In this document: in pieces, positions 1 through 8,832 of the stretch | Position numbering within the stretch: the stretch's first letter is position 1 | Layout of the letters: the number at the start of each line of letters is the position of its first letter | Source of the DNA: Flavobacteriales bacterium | GTDB lineage: Bacteria; Bacteroidota; Bacteroidia; Flavobacteriales_F; PHOS-HE28 | NCBI GenBank assembly: GCA_019638115.1 | Contig: JAHBUK010000004.1 | Span: 224,794 to 288,793, forward strand | Length of the DNA: 64,000 bases | Direction of reading: 5' to 3' | Program-made: the position numbers and the translations under genes | The notes under the pieces: model-generated | What the model was told of the DNA's origin: nothing | Databases searched by the model: none | What the model saw: the letters and a program-made list of their open reading frames with translations, nothing else

Positions 1-293
1 CCACCAGCGCCAACTTGGTGGTACTGGTCAACGGCATCATCACCAACCTGTCCGATGCGCAGGCCGCCGACCTGCCACGCTTCTTCCTGCACCCCCACAC
101 ACGGCAGTTGCACTTGTTCGGTGGCCAGCAAGTACAAGCGCTCAGCATCGCGGACATGCAAGGGCGCGTGGTGCGTTACGGCACGCTCGGCGACCGCAAC
201 TGGGACCTTGCCGCCCTGCCCACCGGCGTATACCTGCTGCAGGCCCTGGTGGATGATGTGCCCGTGAGCACCCGCGTGCTGCTGGAGCATTGA
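1..293 (+). CDS. C-terminal fragment of a secreted protein with T9SS (Por) C-terminal sorting domain; 5' end lies outside the window
   Basis: Frame open from position 1. The tail GVYLLQALVDDVPVSTRVLLEH resembles the Por_Secre_tail beta-sandwich ends seen in other T9SS cargo proteins in this window. Confidence 0.45.
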   Translation, partial: TSANLVVLVNGIITNLSDAQAADLPRFFLHPHTRQLHLFGGQQVQALSIADMQGRVVRYGTLGDRNWDLAALPTGVYLLQALVDDVPVSTRVLLEH

Positions 294-555
294 GCGTGGG
301 GCGGACTTCCCCGGTCGCTGGGCGCATCGCGCAGGAGAAGGCTGCGGTCGGGTCGATCGCTGCGCTGGAGGAATTCTGCGGTGGATGAACCTTGGGGAAA
401 TGCAACCGCGGATGACGCAGATATCGCAGATGAACACAGGAGGATGGGATATCTGCGAGATGTGCGTCGTCTGCGACCAACACCTCGTCCACACCTACCT
501 GCTGCAGGTAACAGAAGCCTCTACGGATCCGCCCTGCCGACTACTTTCGCGAACC

Positions 556-2190
556 ATGGCCCACGACCTCGACTTCAACAAGAACGAAGACCACAACAAG
601 CTCGCCCTCAGCGACCTCAACAAGCGCCTGCGCAAGATCCACGAGGGCGGCGGCGAAAAGCGCATCGCCAAGCTCAAGGCCGACGGCAAGATGACCGCCC
701 GCGAGCGCATCGATGCCCTGCTCGACCCCAAGAGCCCGCGCATCGAGATCGGCGCCTTCGCGGCCGACGGCATGTACAAGGAGCACGGAGGTGCCCCCTG
801 CGCCGGTGTGGTGGTGGTGATCGGCTATGTGAGCAAGCGCCAGTGCATCGTGGTGGCCAACGACGCCACCGTGAAGGCCGGCGCCTGGTTCCCCATGACC
901 GGCAAGAAGAACCTGCGCGCCCAGGAGATCGCCATCGAGAACCGGCTGCCCATCATCTACCTGGTGGACAGCGCCGGCGTGTACCTGCCCATGCAGGACG
1001 AGATCTTCCCCGACAAGGAGCACTTCGGCCGGATCTTCCGCAACAACGCCGTGATGAGCTCCATGGGCATCACGCAGATCGCCGCTGTGATGGGCAGCTG
1101 CGTGGCCGGTGGCGCCTACCTGCCCATCATGAGCGACGAGGCCCTCATCGTGGAGAAGACCGGCAGCATCTTCCTCGCCGGCAGCTACCTGGTGAAGGCC
1201 GCCATCGGTGAGGACATCGACAACGAGACCCTCGGCGGCGCCACCACCCACAGCGAGATCAGCGGCGTTACCGACTACAAGTGCAAAGACGATGCGGATT
1301 GCCTCAAAAAGATCCGCGCCATCATGGACAAGCTCGGCAAGCCGAAGGACGCGGGCTTCAGTCGCGAGAAACCCGCAGCGCCCAAGGCCGATCCGAAAGA
1401 GATCTACGGCATCCTGCCGAGCGAGCGCGCCAAGCCCTACGACATGCGCGAGGTGATCGCGCGGCTGGTGGACGACAGCGACTACACCGAGTACAAGGAA
1501 GGCTTTGGCCAGAGCATCATCACCGCCTACGCCCGCATCGACGGCTGGGCCGTGGGCATCGTGGCCAACCAGCGCAAGGTGGTGAAGAGCAAAAAGGGCG
1601 AGATGCAGTTCGGCGGCGTCATCTACAGCGACAGCGCCGACAAGGCCACGCGCTTCATCGCCAACTGCAACCAGAAGAACATCCCGCTGGTCTTCCTGCA
1701 GGACGTCACCGGCTTCATGGTGGGCAGCCGCAGCGAGCACGGCGGCATCATCAAGGACGGCGCGAAGCTGGTGAACGCCGTGAGCAACAGCGTGGTGCCC
1801 AAGTTCACCGTGATCGTGGGCAACAGCTACGGCGCCGGCAACTACGCCATGTGCGGCAAGGCCTACGACCCGCGCCTGATCGTGGGCTGGCCCAGCGCCC
1901 AGGTGGCCGTGATGGGCGGCGACCAGGCCGCCAAGGTGCTGCTGCAGATCGAAGTGGCGGCGCTGAAAGGGCGGGGCGAGGAGATCACCAAGGAGCGCGA
2001 GGCCGAGATCCTCGGCAAGATCCGTGCGAAGTACGAGGAGAGCATGAGCCCGTATTACGCGGCGGCAAGGTTGTGGCTGGATGCGATCATCGATCCGTTG
2101 GAGACGAGGACGTGGATCAGTTTGGGGATAGAGGCGGCCAGCCAGAGCCCGGCGACGCGGGAGTTTAATATGGGGGTGTTGCAGACGTAG
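556..2190 (+). CDS. acyl-CoA carboxylase carboxyltransferase subunit (propionyl-CoA carboxylase beta / methylmalonyl-CoA decarboxylase alpha-like)
   Basis: 544 aa. The N-terminus KLKADGKMTARERIDALLDPKSPRIEIG and the later KTGSIFLAGSYLVKAAIGE and GGVIYSDSADKATRFIANCNQKNIPLVFLQDVTGFMVG segments match carboxyltransferase-domain proteins. Start chosen at the ATG at 556 (MAHDLDF...) inside the longer track ORF. Confidence 0.85.
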   Translation: MAHDLDFNKNEDHNKLALSDLNKRLRKIHEGGGEKRIAKLKADGKMTARERIDALLDPKSPRIEIGAFAADGMYKEHGGAPCAGVVVVIGYVSKRQCIVVANDATVKAGAWFPMTGKKNLRAQEIAIENRLPIIYLVDSAGVYLPMQDEIFPDKEHFGRIFRNNAVMSSMGITQIAAVMGSCVAGGAYLPIMSDEALIVEKTGSIFLAGSYLVKAAIGEDIDNETLGGATTHSEISGVTDYKCKDDADCLKKIRAIMDKLGKPKDAGFSREKPAAPKADPKEIYGILPSERAKPYDMREVIARLVDDSDYTEYKEGFGQSIITAYARIDGWAVGIVANQRKVVKSKKGEMQFGGVIYSDSADKATRFIANCNQKNIPLVFLQDVTGFMVGSRSEHGGIIKDGAKLVNAVSNSVVPKFTVIVGNSYGAGNYAMCGKAYDPRLIVGWPSAQVAVMGGDQAAKVLLQIEVAALKGRGEEITKEREAEILGKIRAKYEESMSPYYAAARLWLDAIIDPLETRTWISLGIEAASQSPATREFNMGVLQT

Positions 2191-3039
2191 GTCGTTTGGG
2201 CGTGTCGGCTCGAAGACTCGCCGTCGCGCTTTCCGCTCATACTCCTCGCGTGGATTACCACGCTGCGGGGTATCCGCTCCAATCGCTCACGCGGTAAGAA
2301 TCTCGTGTTCGAATAACCAAGTCGATAAATCTTGAACATCTTTAGGCTGTGAATACCGGAATTTTCATCTTCACACGTGATAGTCCAAGACGCGTTGCCA
2401 AGTGTTTGGAGGGAATCTCCGCAACTCCACATCGCAGGTTTGTCGTAGACGATTCTTCCGAACCGCAGCATCGAGACGAAGTCAAAGAATTGTGTGTTAC
2501 CCTAGGTCACGAATACCTCGGCGGAATCGAGTATGAGAGATTTCTGAATGAACGACGTATCTCTAAGGCCGACTTCTCCTTCCTTGTTCGTGAACCCGGC
2601 TTTCCGGAATGGAATCTCGGATTCGCTCGGAACTATGCGCTCCTCAAGGCACACTCAATTGGACTTGACCGGGTCTTGTTTATGGACGATGACATTCAGG
2701 TCCCTGCAATCTCCCTCATCGATGAGTTCTTTCAGCGGGTGGGAAGTACTTCGTTCGTTGGAGCCAAAGTCGATGGCGCTGTGGACCTTTCTCTGTTGGG
2801 GCACATTGCCGCTGAGGCTGGCATGACGAACCCGGAAATGCTCTCAGGTGGCTTCCTGGCTTTTAACCCCGCAACGGTCACGGAACATTTCGTCAATGTC
2901 TACAACGAAGATTGGATCTGGCTCCTTCTCCAAGTCAATCGGCAAAACTTCACTCAGCATGGCTCGGTTATACAGGACTATACTGTAAGCTTCCCCTGTT
3001 TTCGGGCCGATCATAACTAGAGGCTCCAGGGGCATCGGG

Positions 3040-3813
3040 TTAGGGTTGGATCAGCGCTGGTGGCCGGTAGCCTAGCGACTTGTGTGGGCGGTGATGGTTA
3101 TAGTCGTTCATCCACTCATCGGCTTTCTCACGCACCTCGTCCAAGGTACGGAACACGTAGGCGCTGAGCAGTTCGCGACGCATGCTGCCATTGAGGCGTT
3201 CCACGTAGGCGTTCTGTGTGGGCTTTCCAGGCTGGATGTAGGTCAAGGTGATGCCGTTTGCGCGGCACCAGTGGTCGAGCTTTGCGCTGATGAATTCCGG
3301 GCCGTTGTCCACGCGGATCATCTTTGGCAGCGGACGCACTGCTTTGATGCGTTCCAGCACACGTATCACGCGCAGGGCGGGCAAGGAGGTATCCACCTCG
3401 ATGGCAAGCACCTCCCGGTTGTAGTCGTCGATCACATTAAGCAAGCGGTACGAGCGTCCATCCCAGAGGCTGTCATGCATGAAGTCGATGCTGTAGACCT
3501 GGTCCGGACCCTCGGGACGGAACAGGGCCTGCTTTACCCGTGCAGGCAGCCGTTTCTTGGCCCTGCGCCGGATGTTCAGGCCCAGGCTGGTGTAGACCCG
3601 GTATACCCGCTTGAAGTTCCATAGGTGGCCCATCAAGCGCATCCGATGATGGCTTTGCCATACCCCGATGGCAGGGTGTTTCTGGGTGAGCTGCTCCAAG
3701 GCCTGGATAATGGGCGTGTCATCCGGTGGTGTCTTGCGGTACTGCGCGGTGCTACGCGCCAAGCCCACGCTATTGCAGGCCTGGCGCTCGGAGATGCTGT
3801 GCTCCTGTATCAT
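3040..3813 (-). CDS. IS3-family transposase OrfB (rve integrase core, DDE)
   Basis: 257 aa with ...[34 protein letters not shown]...[11 protein letters not shown]...[23 protein letters not shown]. The upstream frame stays open for ~10 codons into the orfA 3' end. Confidence 0.85.
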   Translation of the reverse strand: MIQEHSISERQACNSVGLARSTAQYRKTPPDDTPIIQALEQLTQKHPAIGVWQSHHRMRLMGHLWNFKRVYRVYTSLGLNIRRRAKKRLPARVKQALFRPEGPDQVYSIDFMHDSLWDGRSYRLLNVIDDYNREVLAIEVDTSLPALRVIRVLERIKAVRPLPKMIRVDNGPEFISAKLDHWCRANGITLTYIQPGKPTQNAYVERLNGSMRRELLSAYVFRTLDEVREKADEWMNDYNHHRPHKSLGYRPPALIQP

Positions 3814-3838
3814 CGCCTGAACGATCTCGCGCTTCTCG

Positions 3839-4174
3839 TCAGGCGCCCCACTTCTTTTCCACCACGCTCTTCAAGGCGTCATGGACCATGCTCAGCTCCG
3901 CATACATGCGCTTCAAGCGGCTGTTCTCCTCTTGAAGGTCCTTCAGTTGCTTGAGCTGGCTTGCGTCCAGGCCGCCATACTTCGCCTTCCACTGGTAGAA
4001 GGTCGCGTTGCTGATCTCGTGCTCTCGGCAGAGGTCGGCCACCTTCACGCCCGCTTCATGCTGCTTAAGGATGCCGACGATCTGGTGTTCGGTGAACTTG
4101 CTCTTTCTCATGGCTACTTGGTGTTGAAAGTAACCCCTGGCCGGCCAAAGTGATCCTTGGCCCCGCGGGGCCAA
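3839..4174 (-). CDS. IS3-family transposase OrfA (helix-turn-helix/leucine-zipper part)
   Basis: 111 aa: [47 protein letters not shown]...[22 protein letters not shown]. This is a classic IS3/IS911 OrfA signature. Confidence 0.85.
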   Translation of the reverse strand: MAPRGQGSLWPARGYFQHQVAMRKSKFTEHQIVGILKQHEAGVKVADLCREHEISNATFYQWKAKYGGLDASQLKQLKDLQEENSRLKRMYAELSMVHDALKSVVEKKWGA

Positions 4175-4575
4175 GGATCACTTCACCTCCAGTAATGAGT
4201 GGCCGAACTTTGGGAAAGCTTACAATACCGATCCGTTCGATGGCTTCCAATCAAAGGTCCTCTTTCAGGAACACGGTGAACTTCTTGTCGACGGGCTTCT
4301 GGATGTCTATGAAACCGATTCGTATGACAGATTGAGAGATGTTGACTTTTGGAAGCGCGTGCTGGTCGAGCGAGCCAACTACCTTGAGGAGCTATTCAAC
4401 CAGTGTCTTGCTCATCAACACACCAAAGGAATCGAAATCCTTAACTACTTGGCAGAGAAAAAACCCTCGATCAGGGCCGAAGAACTTGTGCTTCAATTCA
4501 CGACATATATACATGACGTCGAAGCCTTCAGAACGCTCTTCGCATCAATGCGAGAACCACTATCCACACCAAAGT

Positions 4576-4800
4576 CTACTTGAAACGTTCATTGATGGCC
4601 TTCATGGTAGTGTACAGCATAATCTCATCGTCCTGCAAAACCACTCCATATTCCCTTTCCAGTACCCCAATTATGGCCACATGATTGAGGCTGTCCCAAC
4701 TTGCGTGAACCCCCATGCCAGACTCATCGCTGAGCGTATTCGCATCGACCTTGAGCAACTCTGCGATAATATCTCTAGGTGATCGTGGTGTCTTGGTCAT
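4576..4800 (-). CDS. stand-alone acyl/aminoacyl carrier protein (phosphopantetheine-binding)
   Basis: 74 aa. The GVHASWDSLNHVAIIGVLEREYGV stretch has the DSL serine motif of ACP/PCP/DltC-type carriers. It overlaps the upstream adenylation gene by 4 nt. Confidence 0.7.
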   Translation of the reverse strand: MTKTPRSPRDIIAELLKVDANTLSDESGMGVHASWDSLNHVAIIGVLEREYGVVLQDDEIMLYTTMKAINERFK

Positions 4801-6248
4801 GGTTGGTGCTTCTCTAAGGCGGTGTAGTCAATCTTCATATTGATGTTCCTGGGCAAAGACGGAAGCGATACGAAGGCACGAGGTTGCTTGAAGTCTTCGA
4901 GCTTCTGCTTTAGCAACTCTCTGAGGCTCGCCTCCTCAACGGGCTTGTCACTTTCGATGAAGGAATAAAGCCCATCAGAAATCTTGACCGTGGCACTTGC
5001 AAGTCCCGTATGCTTTGTAATCCAGTAGTCAATCTCAGCAGGTTCAACGCGATAACCGCGAATCTTGGTCTGGCGATCCTTCCGTCCTTGGAAATAGACA
5101 TTGTCGCCTTGCTCAGCAATGAGGTCACCGGTAACAAATGTTCGCTGCTCAATGCCGCCGATCTCCTGGGTACCGAATCCGTTGTTCTCAGGCAGGCCCA
5201 GGTATCCCTTGCCGATATGATCACCGTAGAGGATCACATCCAAAAGGCCTGACTCGTCGCTAGGTCTCGTAAGTATATTCCATCCGGGTATAGGTTTACC
5301 AATGCTTGCGGTTGTTCTACAATGGTTCTTGTAGGTTTCCACACCAAGCTCTTGCCAGGTGCAAAACAGCGTCCCCTCCGTTGGGCCGTATGTGTTGAAG
5401 ACTGTAACAGCCGGGTTTCTCTCGAATACAAAGTCAAGTTGATGCATCTTCAGAGCCTCGCCACAAAAGCTCATTAGCCTGAGGGAACTGAGATCAACAG
5501 ACTTGGTTTGGTTCCGAGTGATCATGAACTCCACGACGCTTGGGACCGAGTGCCAAATGGTAAGCCTATGCTTCTCAACCAAAGACCAAGGCACTCCTTT
5601 ATTCGCTTGAGCGTACGCAACCAACGTTGCCCCAGAACCAAGACATGTAAAGATGTCGACTATGCTCAAGTCAAAGCTCAGCAACGAAAACTGGGCCCAA
5701 AGGTCTGCCTCAGTAGCGCCATAGGTTGGTATCGACCACTCCAGAAACTTGTTCAAGCCCCGTCTGTAGATCTCCACGCCCTTGGGAGTTCCCATAGATC
5801 CAGAAGTGAATATGACATACGCACTTGCCTCTGGTTCAACTGTGACCCTGTCCACAATTGGTTCAGTCTTGGCGGACCTAAGTGTGCCGATGTATGTTGC
5901 ACGTCGACTAGAATAGTCCTCGGCCACCCTGTCTTCGCTCAATACCAATACGTCAGCCCCAAATGCCTCAATCATTTGATTCTTCCTCTCGATAGGTGCG
6001 AGTGGGTTCAGTGGACAGAACACCCCGCCGACGTATAACACGGCAATCTCCAGAGCGTATGCATCAACCCCCTGTAGCAGGTCGAAGGCAACCTTTGGCC
6101 TTGGGCCATACTTGGACAAGCCTGAGGCAAGCTCCAATACGAGGCCATGTAGCTCCGAATAGCTGACAGAGCGATCTCCTTCTATAACTGCAAGCGCAGA
6201 TGGCTTCGCCTCGACGGTCTCAATGAAATGGTCCAGGCAGTCCTTCAT
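4797..6248 (-). CDS. stand-alone AMP-dependent adenylation enzyme (ANL superfamily; DltA / amino-acid or aryl-acid adenylation type)
   Basis: 483 aa with the core motifs FTSGSMGTPKGV, YGPTEGT, GDL..., and RKDRQTKIRGYRVEPAEID. It has no condensation or thiolation domain of its own. Confidence 0.85.
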   Translation of the reverse strand: MKDCLDHFIETVEAKPSALAVIEGDRSVSYSELHGLVLELASGLSKYGPRPKVAFDLLQGVDAYALEIAVLYVGGVFCPLNPLAPIERKNQMIEAFGADVLVLSEDRVAEDYSSRRATYIGTLRSAKTEPIVDRVTVEPEASAYVIFTSGSMGTPKGVEIYRRGLNKFLEWSIPTYGATEADLWAQFSLLSFDLSIVDIFTCLGSGATLVAYAQANKGVPWSLVEKHRLTIWHSVPSVVEFMITRNQTKSVDLSSLRLMSFCGEALKMHQLDFVFERNPAVTVFNTYGPTEGTLFCTWQELGVETYKNHCRTTASIGKPIPGWNILTRPSDESGLLDVILYGDHIGKGYLGLPENNGFGTQEIGGIEQRTFVTGDLIAEQGDNVYFQGRKDRQTKIRGYRVEPAEIDYWITKHTGLASATVKISDGLYSFIESDKPVEEASLRELLKQKLEDFKQPRAFVSLPSLPRNINMKIDYTALEKHQP

Positions 6249-7411
6249 TGCTCACGCTCAATTGGAAATATCCAGTCCTCTTTGATATCGGGACACATCA
6301 CATCTTGCTCATGCACGTTTACCTCAAAGAAGCACTCGAAGGCGGCTTGTCGGACATCATCAAGATTGAACTTCCTCAACACCTTCCGAATGTTGCTTTG
6401 TGCGGAAGGATGGTCTGAGAACGCCTTTGCCGCGCCTAATACACCGAAGGTGTGAAGTCCATTGATGAGAACAACTGAACTCTTAGGATTGAAAGGATTC
6501 GGATAGCGCGCGAAGTATCCCCAATCCTTAACCGTCTTGTTACCCTCTCTCGTGGCCACGTACTTGCTTCCGCCAAAAAGCAGTTCCTCGCAATCGTCTG
6601 AGTAACTCACTCTCCCGTTCATTCTCTCCATCATAGTCTTACAAATCCTATTGCCATCTCCCCCCTCTTCACCGGGTCCGCCAATGACAACTAAGTTCCC
6701 TTCTATTGATGCGGAGAATGCATCAGCAGCGTACATGGGCGTTTCTATGCTGCGATAGTTTCGATGCATGAATGTCATCACCCACAATAGTGCGTCGCGA
6801 TCACCTAAGCTTTCAAGGAGCATCCAGTTCTCAGACTTAGGATCGGCATACTGCATTCGCTTCTCCGATTCAGAGGAAGTCACCACATGAACTAACCCCA
6901 CACCTGCAGGAAACCACAGCTTATTGAGGTATATGCTGTAGAGAGCATCGCCTTCAATCAGCTTCTTGAAGTGAGTCGCGAGTTCTTCCACAGTTGCCTC
7001 GACTAGTGCGTCCATGGTTTTGTACACTACGGGTAATCGATCCTTGATGTCTGCAGGAATTGGGAAGGTCACCATCGACGCTTCTGCCTTCATCAAGACG
7101 ACGGGTTTGTTCAGTCCATATAACAAACCGTACTCAAAGAAGATGTTTGGTTTACTCTCTGTGATATCTACCAGAGCCACGTGTGCCTTCCTTATCTGTG
7201 CTTCAATTTGCTGAGGTAGCCCCTGAAACACATCGCTGAAAGTGTATGTCGTTTCAATCTCGAAGTCTTGATAGTCCCTTCGCACCAAGCTCTCTGCTTT
7301 GGTAATGAGCAACTCCACCTTCGTTCTGAACGTGTCCAAATCATACGTCGGGTTCTTCGGCTCGAATGGGTGCGATACGAAGATGTTGATCTGTCTATAA
7401 CTTTTACTCAT
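6245..7411 (-). CDS. hypothetical two-domain protein; N-terminal ~130 aa resembles the nucleoside 2-deoxyribosyltransferase / TIR-like (SLOG-type) fold; C-terminal domain unassigned
   Basis: 388 aa. NIFVSHPF...AHVALVDITESKPNIFFEYGLLYGLNKPVVLM resembles the D...N...FE(L/Y)G...G.KPV signature of deoxyribosyltransferase-like domains. It is translationally coupled on both sides (4-nt overlaps) and low in GC. Confidence 0.5.
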   Translation of the reverse strand: MSKSYRQINIFVSHPFEPKNPTYDLDTFRTKVELLITKAESLVRRDYQDFEIETTYTFSDVFQGLPQQIEAQIRKAHVALVDITESKPNIFFEYGLLYGLNKPVVLMKAEASMVTFPIPADIKDRLPVVYKTMDALVEATVEELATHFKKLIEGDALYSIYLNKLWFPAGVGLVHVVTSSESEKRMQYADPKSENWMLLESLGDRDALLWVMTFMHRNYRSIETPMYAADAFSASIEGNLVVIGGPGEEGGDGNRICKTMMERMNGRVSYSDDCEELLFGGSKYVATREGNKTVKDWGYFARYPNPFNPKSSVVLINGLHTFGVLGAAKAFSDHPSAQSNIRKVLRKFNLDDVRQAAFECFFEVNVHEQDVMCPDIKEDWIFPIEREQ

Positions 7412-8023
7412 CTAACACCTCGTTTTGAACATCCCGCGATACTTCGCCAAAGGCTGAATCTGACCGCCTACCAATATCATTCCCTCTCCGACATCTGTGC
7501 GCACTGTCTCGCCTGCGCCAACATATGCACATGGACCAATCTTCCTTGGGCCGATTATCAGGGCATTCACTCCGACAAAGCTCCCACGATACACCACTGG
7601 GGACTCTTCTTCCGTCTCGTCCCAATCGAGAGTTGCGTTGTGATGACTATGAGCTATCTCGCCCATGTAGGTGACATTGTCTTCTATTACGGTGCGGTCC
7701 GCCACATGACCACCGATAATGCAGTGAGCGCCGATCTGAGCATCCTCGGATACGTGCTTGGCATAGAGGACGCGCGTCTTCATTCCCACCTGCGCGCCTC
7801 GACAGACTTTGGAATAGTCGTCTAGGATAACGCCGGTGCGTAGCGTTGCTCCAAGATGCACTGTGCAGAACGCGCCGATAATCACCCCATCCTCGATAAC
7901 CGTTGGCTCGTCTGACTGGTCGCCATAGCCAACGATTGAGCCATGACCTATGGTCACGTCTTTTCCAATCTTGACGTTTGGATGGACATAAATCCCAGAT
8001 CCGATCATACGGTACTCGCTCAT
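7412..8023 (-). CDS. left-handed beta-helix (hexapeptide-repeat) acyl/acetyltransferase
   Basis: 203 aa with repeated [LIV]-G-x-x-x-x hexapeptides: VKIGKDVTIGHGSIVGYG, IIGAFCTVHLGATL, IGAHCIIGGHV, YVGAGETV. Confidence 0.8.
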   Translation of the reverse strand: MSEYRMIGSGIYVHPNVKIGKDVTIGHGSIVGYGDQSDEPTVIEDGVIIGAFCTVHLGATLRTGVILDDYSKVCRGAQVGMKTRVLYAKHVSEDAQIGAHCIIGGHVADRTVIEDNVTYMGEIAHSHHNATLDWDETEEESPVVYRGSFVGVNALIIGPRKIGPCAYVGAGETVRTDVGEGMILVGGQIQPLAKYRGMFKTRC

Positions 8024-8832
8024 AGCGACTCTTCAATGATGCCCAGAGCCGTCTTGTAAATCCCGCGATGGATGAGCTTCGTCTCTGGATGGTTGAGATC
8101 TTCGTCAATCTCAATTCCAAAGCCATGCCCCACCCCTTTTATGATCTCTAGGCGTGTCTTCGGTGACTTGTGCTTCTTCGACGAAGTCAGCGGCACATCT
8201 TCGTCATCACTTCCATGAAAAATGACCACGCGCGAACCAAGATTCGACAGAGCCTGGATTCCGTTCACGTAGGGCAGTTCATTGATTAACGCACGGCCGA
8301 AACGTATCCCCGATGACTTAAGAAATCCGTGTTTGTCTAGCTGGCGGACGGCTGCCGGGGTTAAGCCCTTCTCCGTTACCAACTTGTTCCGTTCAAGGAC
8401 ATCGTTCTGGTAGTTGAGCACTGGCGCGTTGAGAATCACCTTCCTGATCTGCTCCTGCCGAGTGGTGTCCACCCAGTAAGCCGCGAGCCCCCCTCCGAAA
8501 CTGGTACCCACCAGGAAGAACCGCTTCGTACTTCGCTTGACACCTTCAGCCAGGGCGGTGTACGCAGCGGAAACGTCATTCACTATACCACTCAGCGTAA
8601 GCTCTTCAAGAGTGGTTTCGTGAACACCGTGAAAGCGATAGTCGAACCTGAAAGACGATACTCCATTTTCGGCCAGGTAGTTCGCATAGTCCGAGTGAAA
8701 GCCCAATTCATCACGCGAGGACGTAATACCATGCACAAAAAGAAGTGCCGCCTTTTCTTTGGCCGCTCTTTGCATGGTGCCTTCCAGCTTGTATCCATCG
8801 TAGCTACTGAACTTGATGGTCTCTTCGGTCAT
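8020..8832 (-). CDS. alpha/beta-fold hydrolase (serine hydrolase)
   Basis: 270 aa with an HG oxyanion motif (LLFVHGITSS), the nucleophile elbow GTSFGG, and a C-terminal GVGHGF histidine. Confidence 0.8.
   Translation of the reverse strand: MTEETIKFSSYDGYKLEGTMQRAAKEKAALLFVHGITSSRDELGFHSDYANYLAENGVSSFRFDYRFHGVHETTLEELTLSGIVNDVSAAYTALAEGVKRSTKRFFLVGTSFGGGLAAYWVDTTRQEQIRKVILNAPVLNYQNDVLERNKLVTEKGLTPAAVRQLDKHGFLKSSGIRFGRALINELPYVNGIQALSNLGSRVVIFHGSDDEDVPLTSSKKHKSPKTRLEIIKGVGHGFGIEIDEDLNHPETKLIHRGIYKTALGIIEESL

Larger units (their letters stand above)
2984..4224 (-). mobile_element. IS3-family insertion sequence (1241 bp) with imperfect ~38-bp terminal inverted repeats starting 5'-TGTAAGCTT and a 4-bp ATAC target duplication
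   Basis: Left end TGTAAGCTTCCCCTGTTTTCGGGCCGATCATAACTAGAGG. The reverse complement of the right end is TGTAAGCTTTCCCAAAGTTCGGCCACTCATTACTGGAGG. ATAC flanks both sides (2980-2983 and 4225-4228). It contains orfA (HTH) and orfB (DDE integrase core). Confidence 0.8.
2349..4583 (+). pseudogene. family-2-like glycosyltransferase gene split by an IS3-family insertion (5' part 2349..2983, 3' part 4229..4583; reconstructs to ~330 codons)
   Basis: The N-terminus IFIFTRD...VVDDSSEP...FMDDD resembles GT2 (DXD). Removing 2984..4228 (IS plus one ATAC copy) joins ...IQDYT to DPFDGFQ... in the same frame, which then runs open to the stop at 4583. The present upstream ORF ends PCFRADHN* using IS-terminal codons. 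Confidence 0.55.

Noticed and set aside
541-1740. 399-aa ORF antisense to the carboxyltransferase gene (and the similar 381..1211 and 1281..2168 plus-strand alternative frames)
   Set aside because: Typical high-GC shadow ORFs. Their amino-acid composition is Ala/Gly/Arg/His/Val-rich with no motifs, and they fully overlap a well-supported gene.
4150-4335. 61-aa plus-strand ORF at the IS right end
   Set aside because: It runs across the IS terminal inverted repeat and target duplication in a frame different from the reconstructed GT2 gene, so it is an artefact of the insertion.
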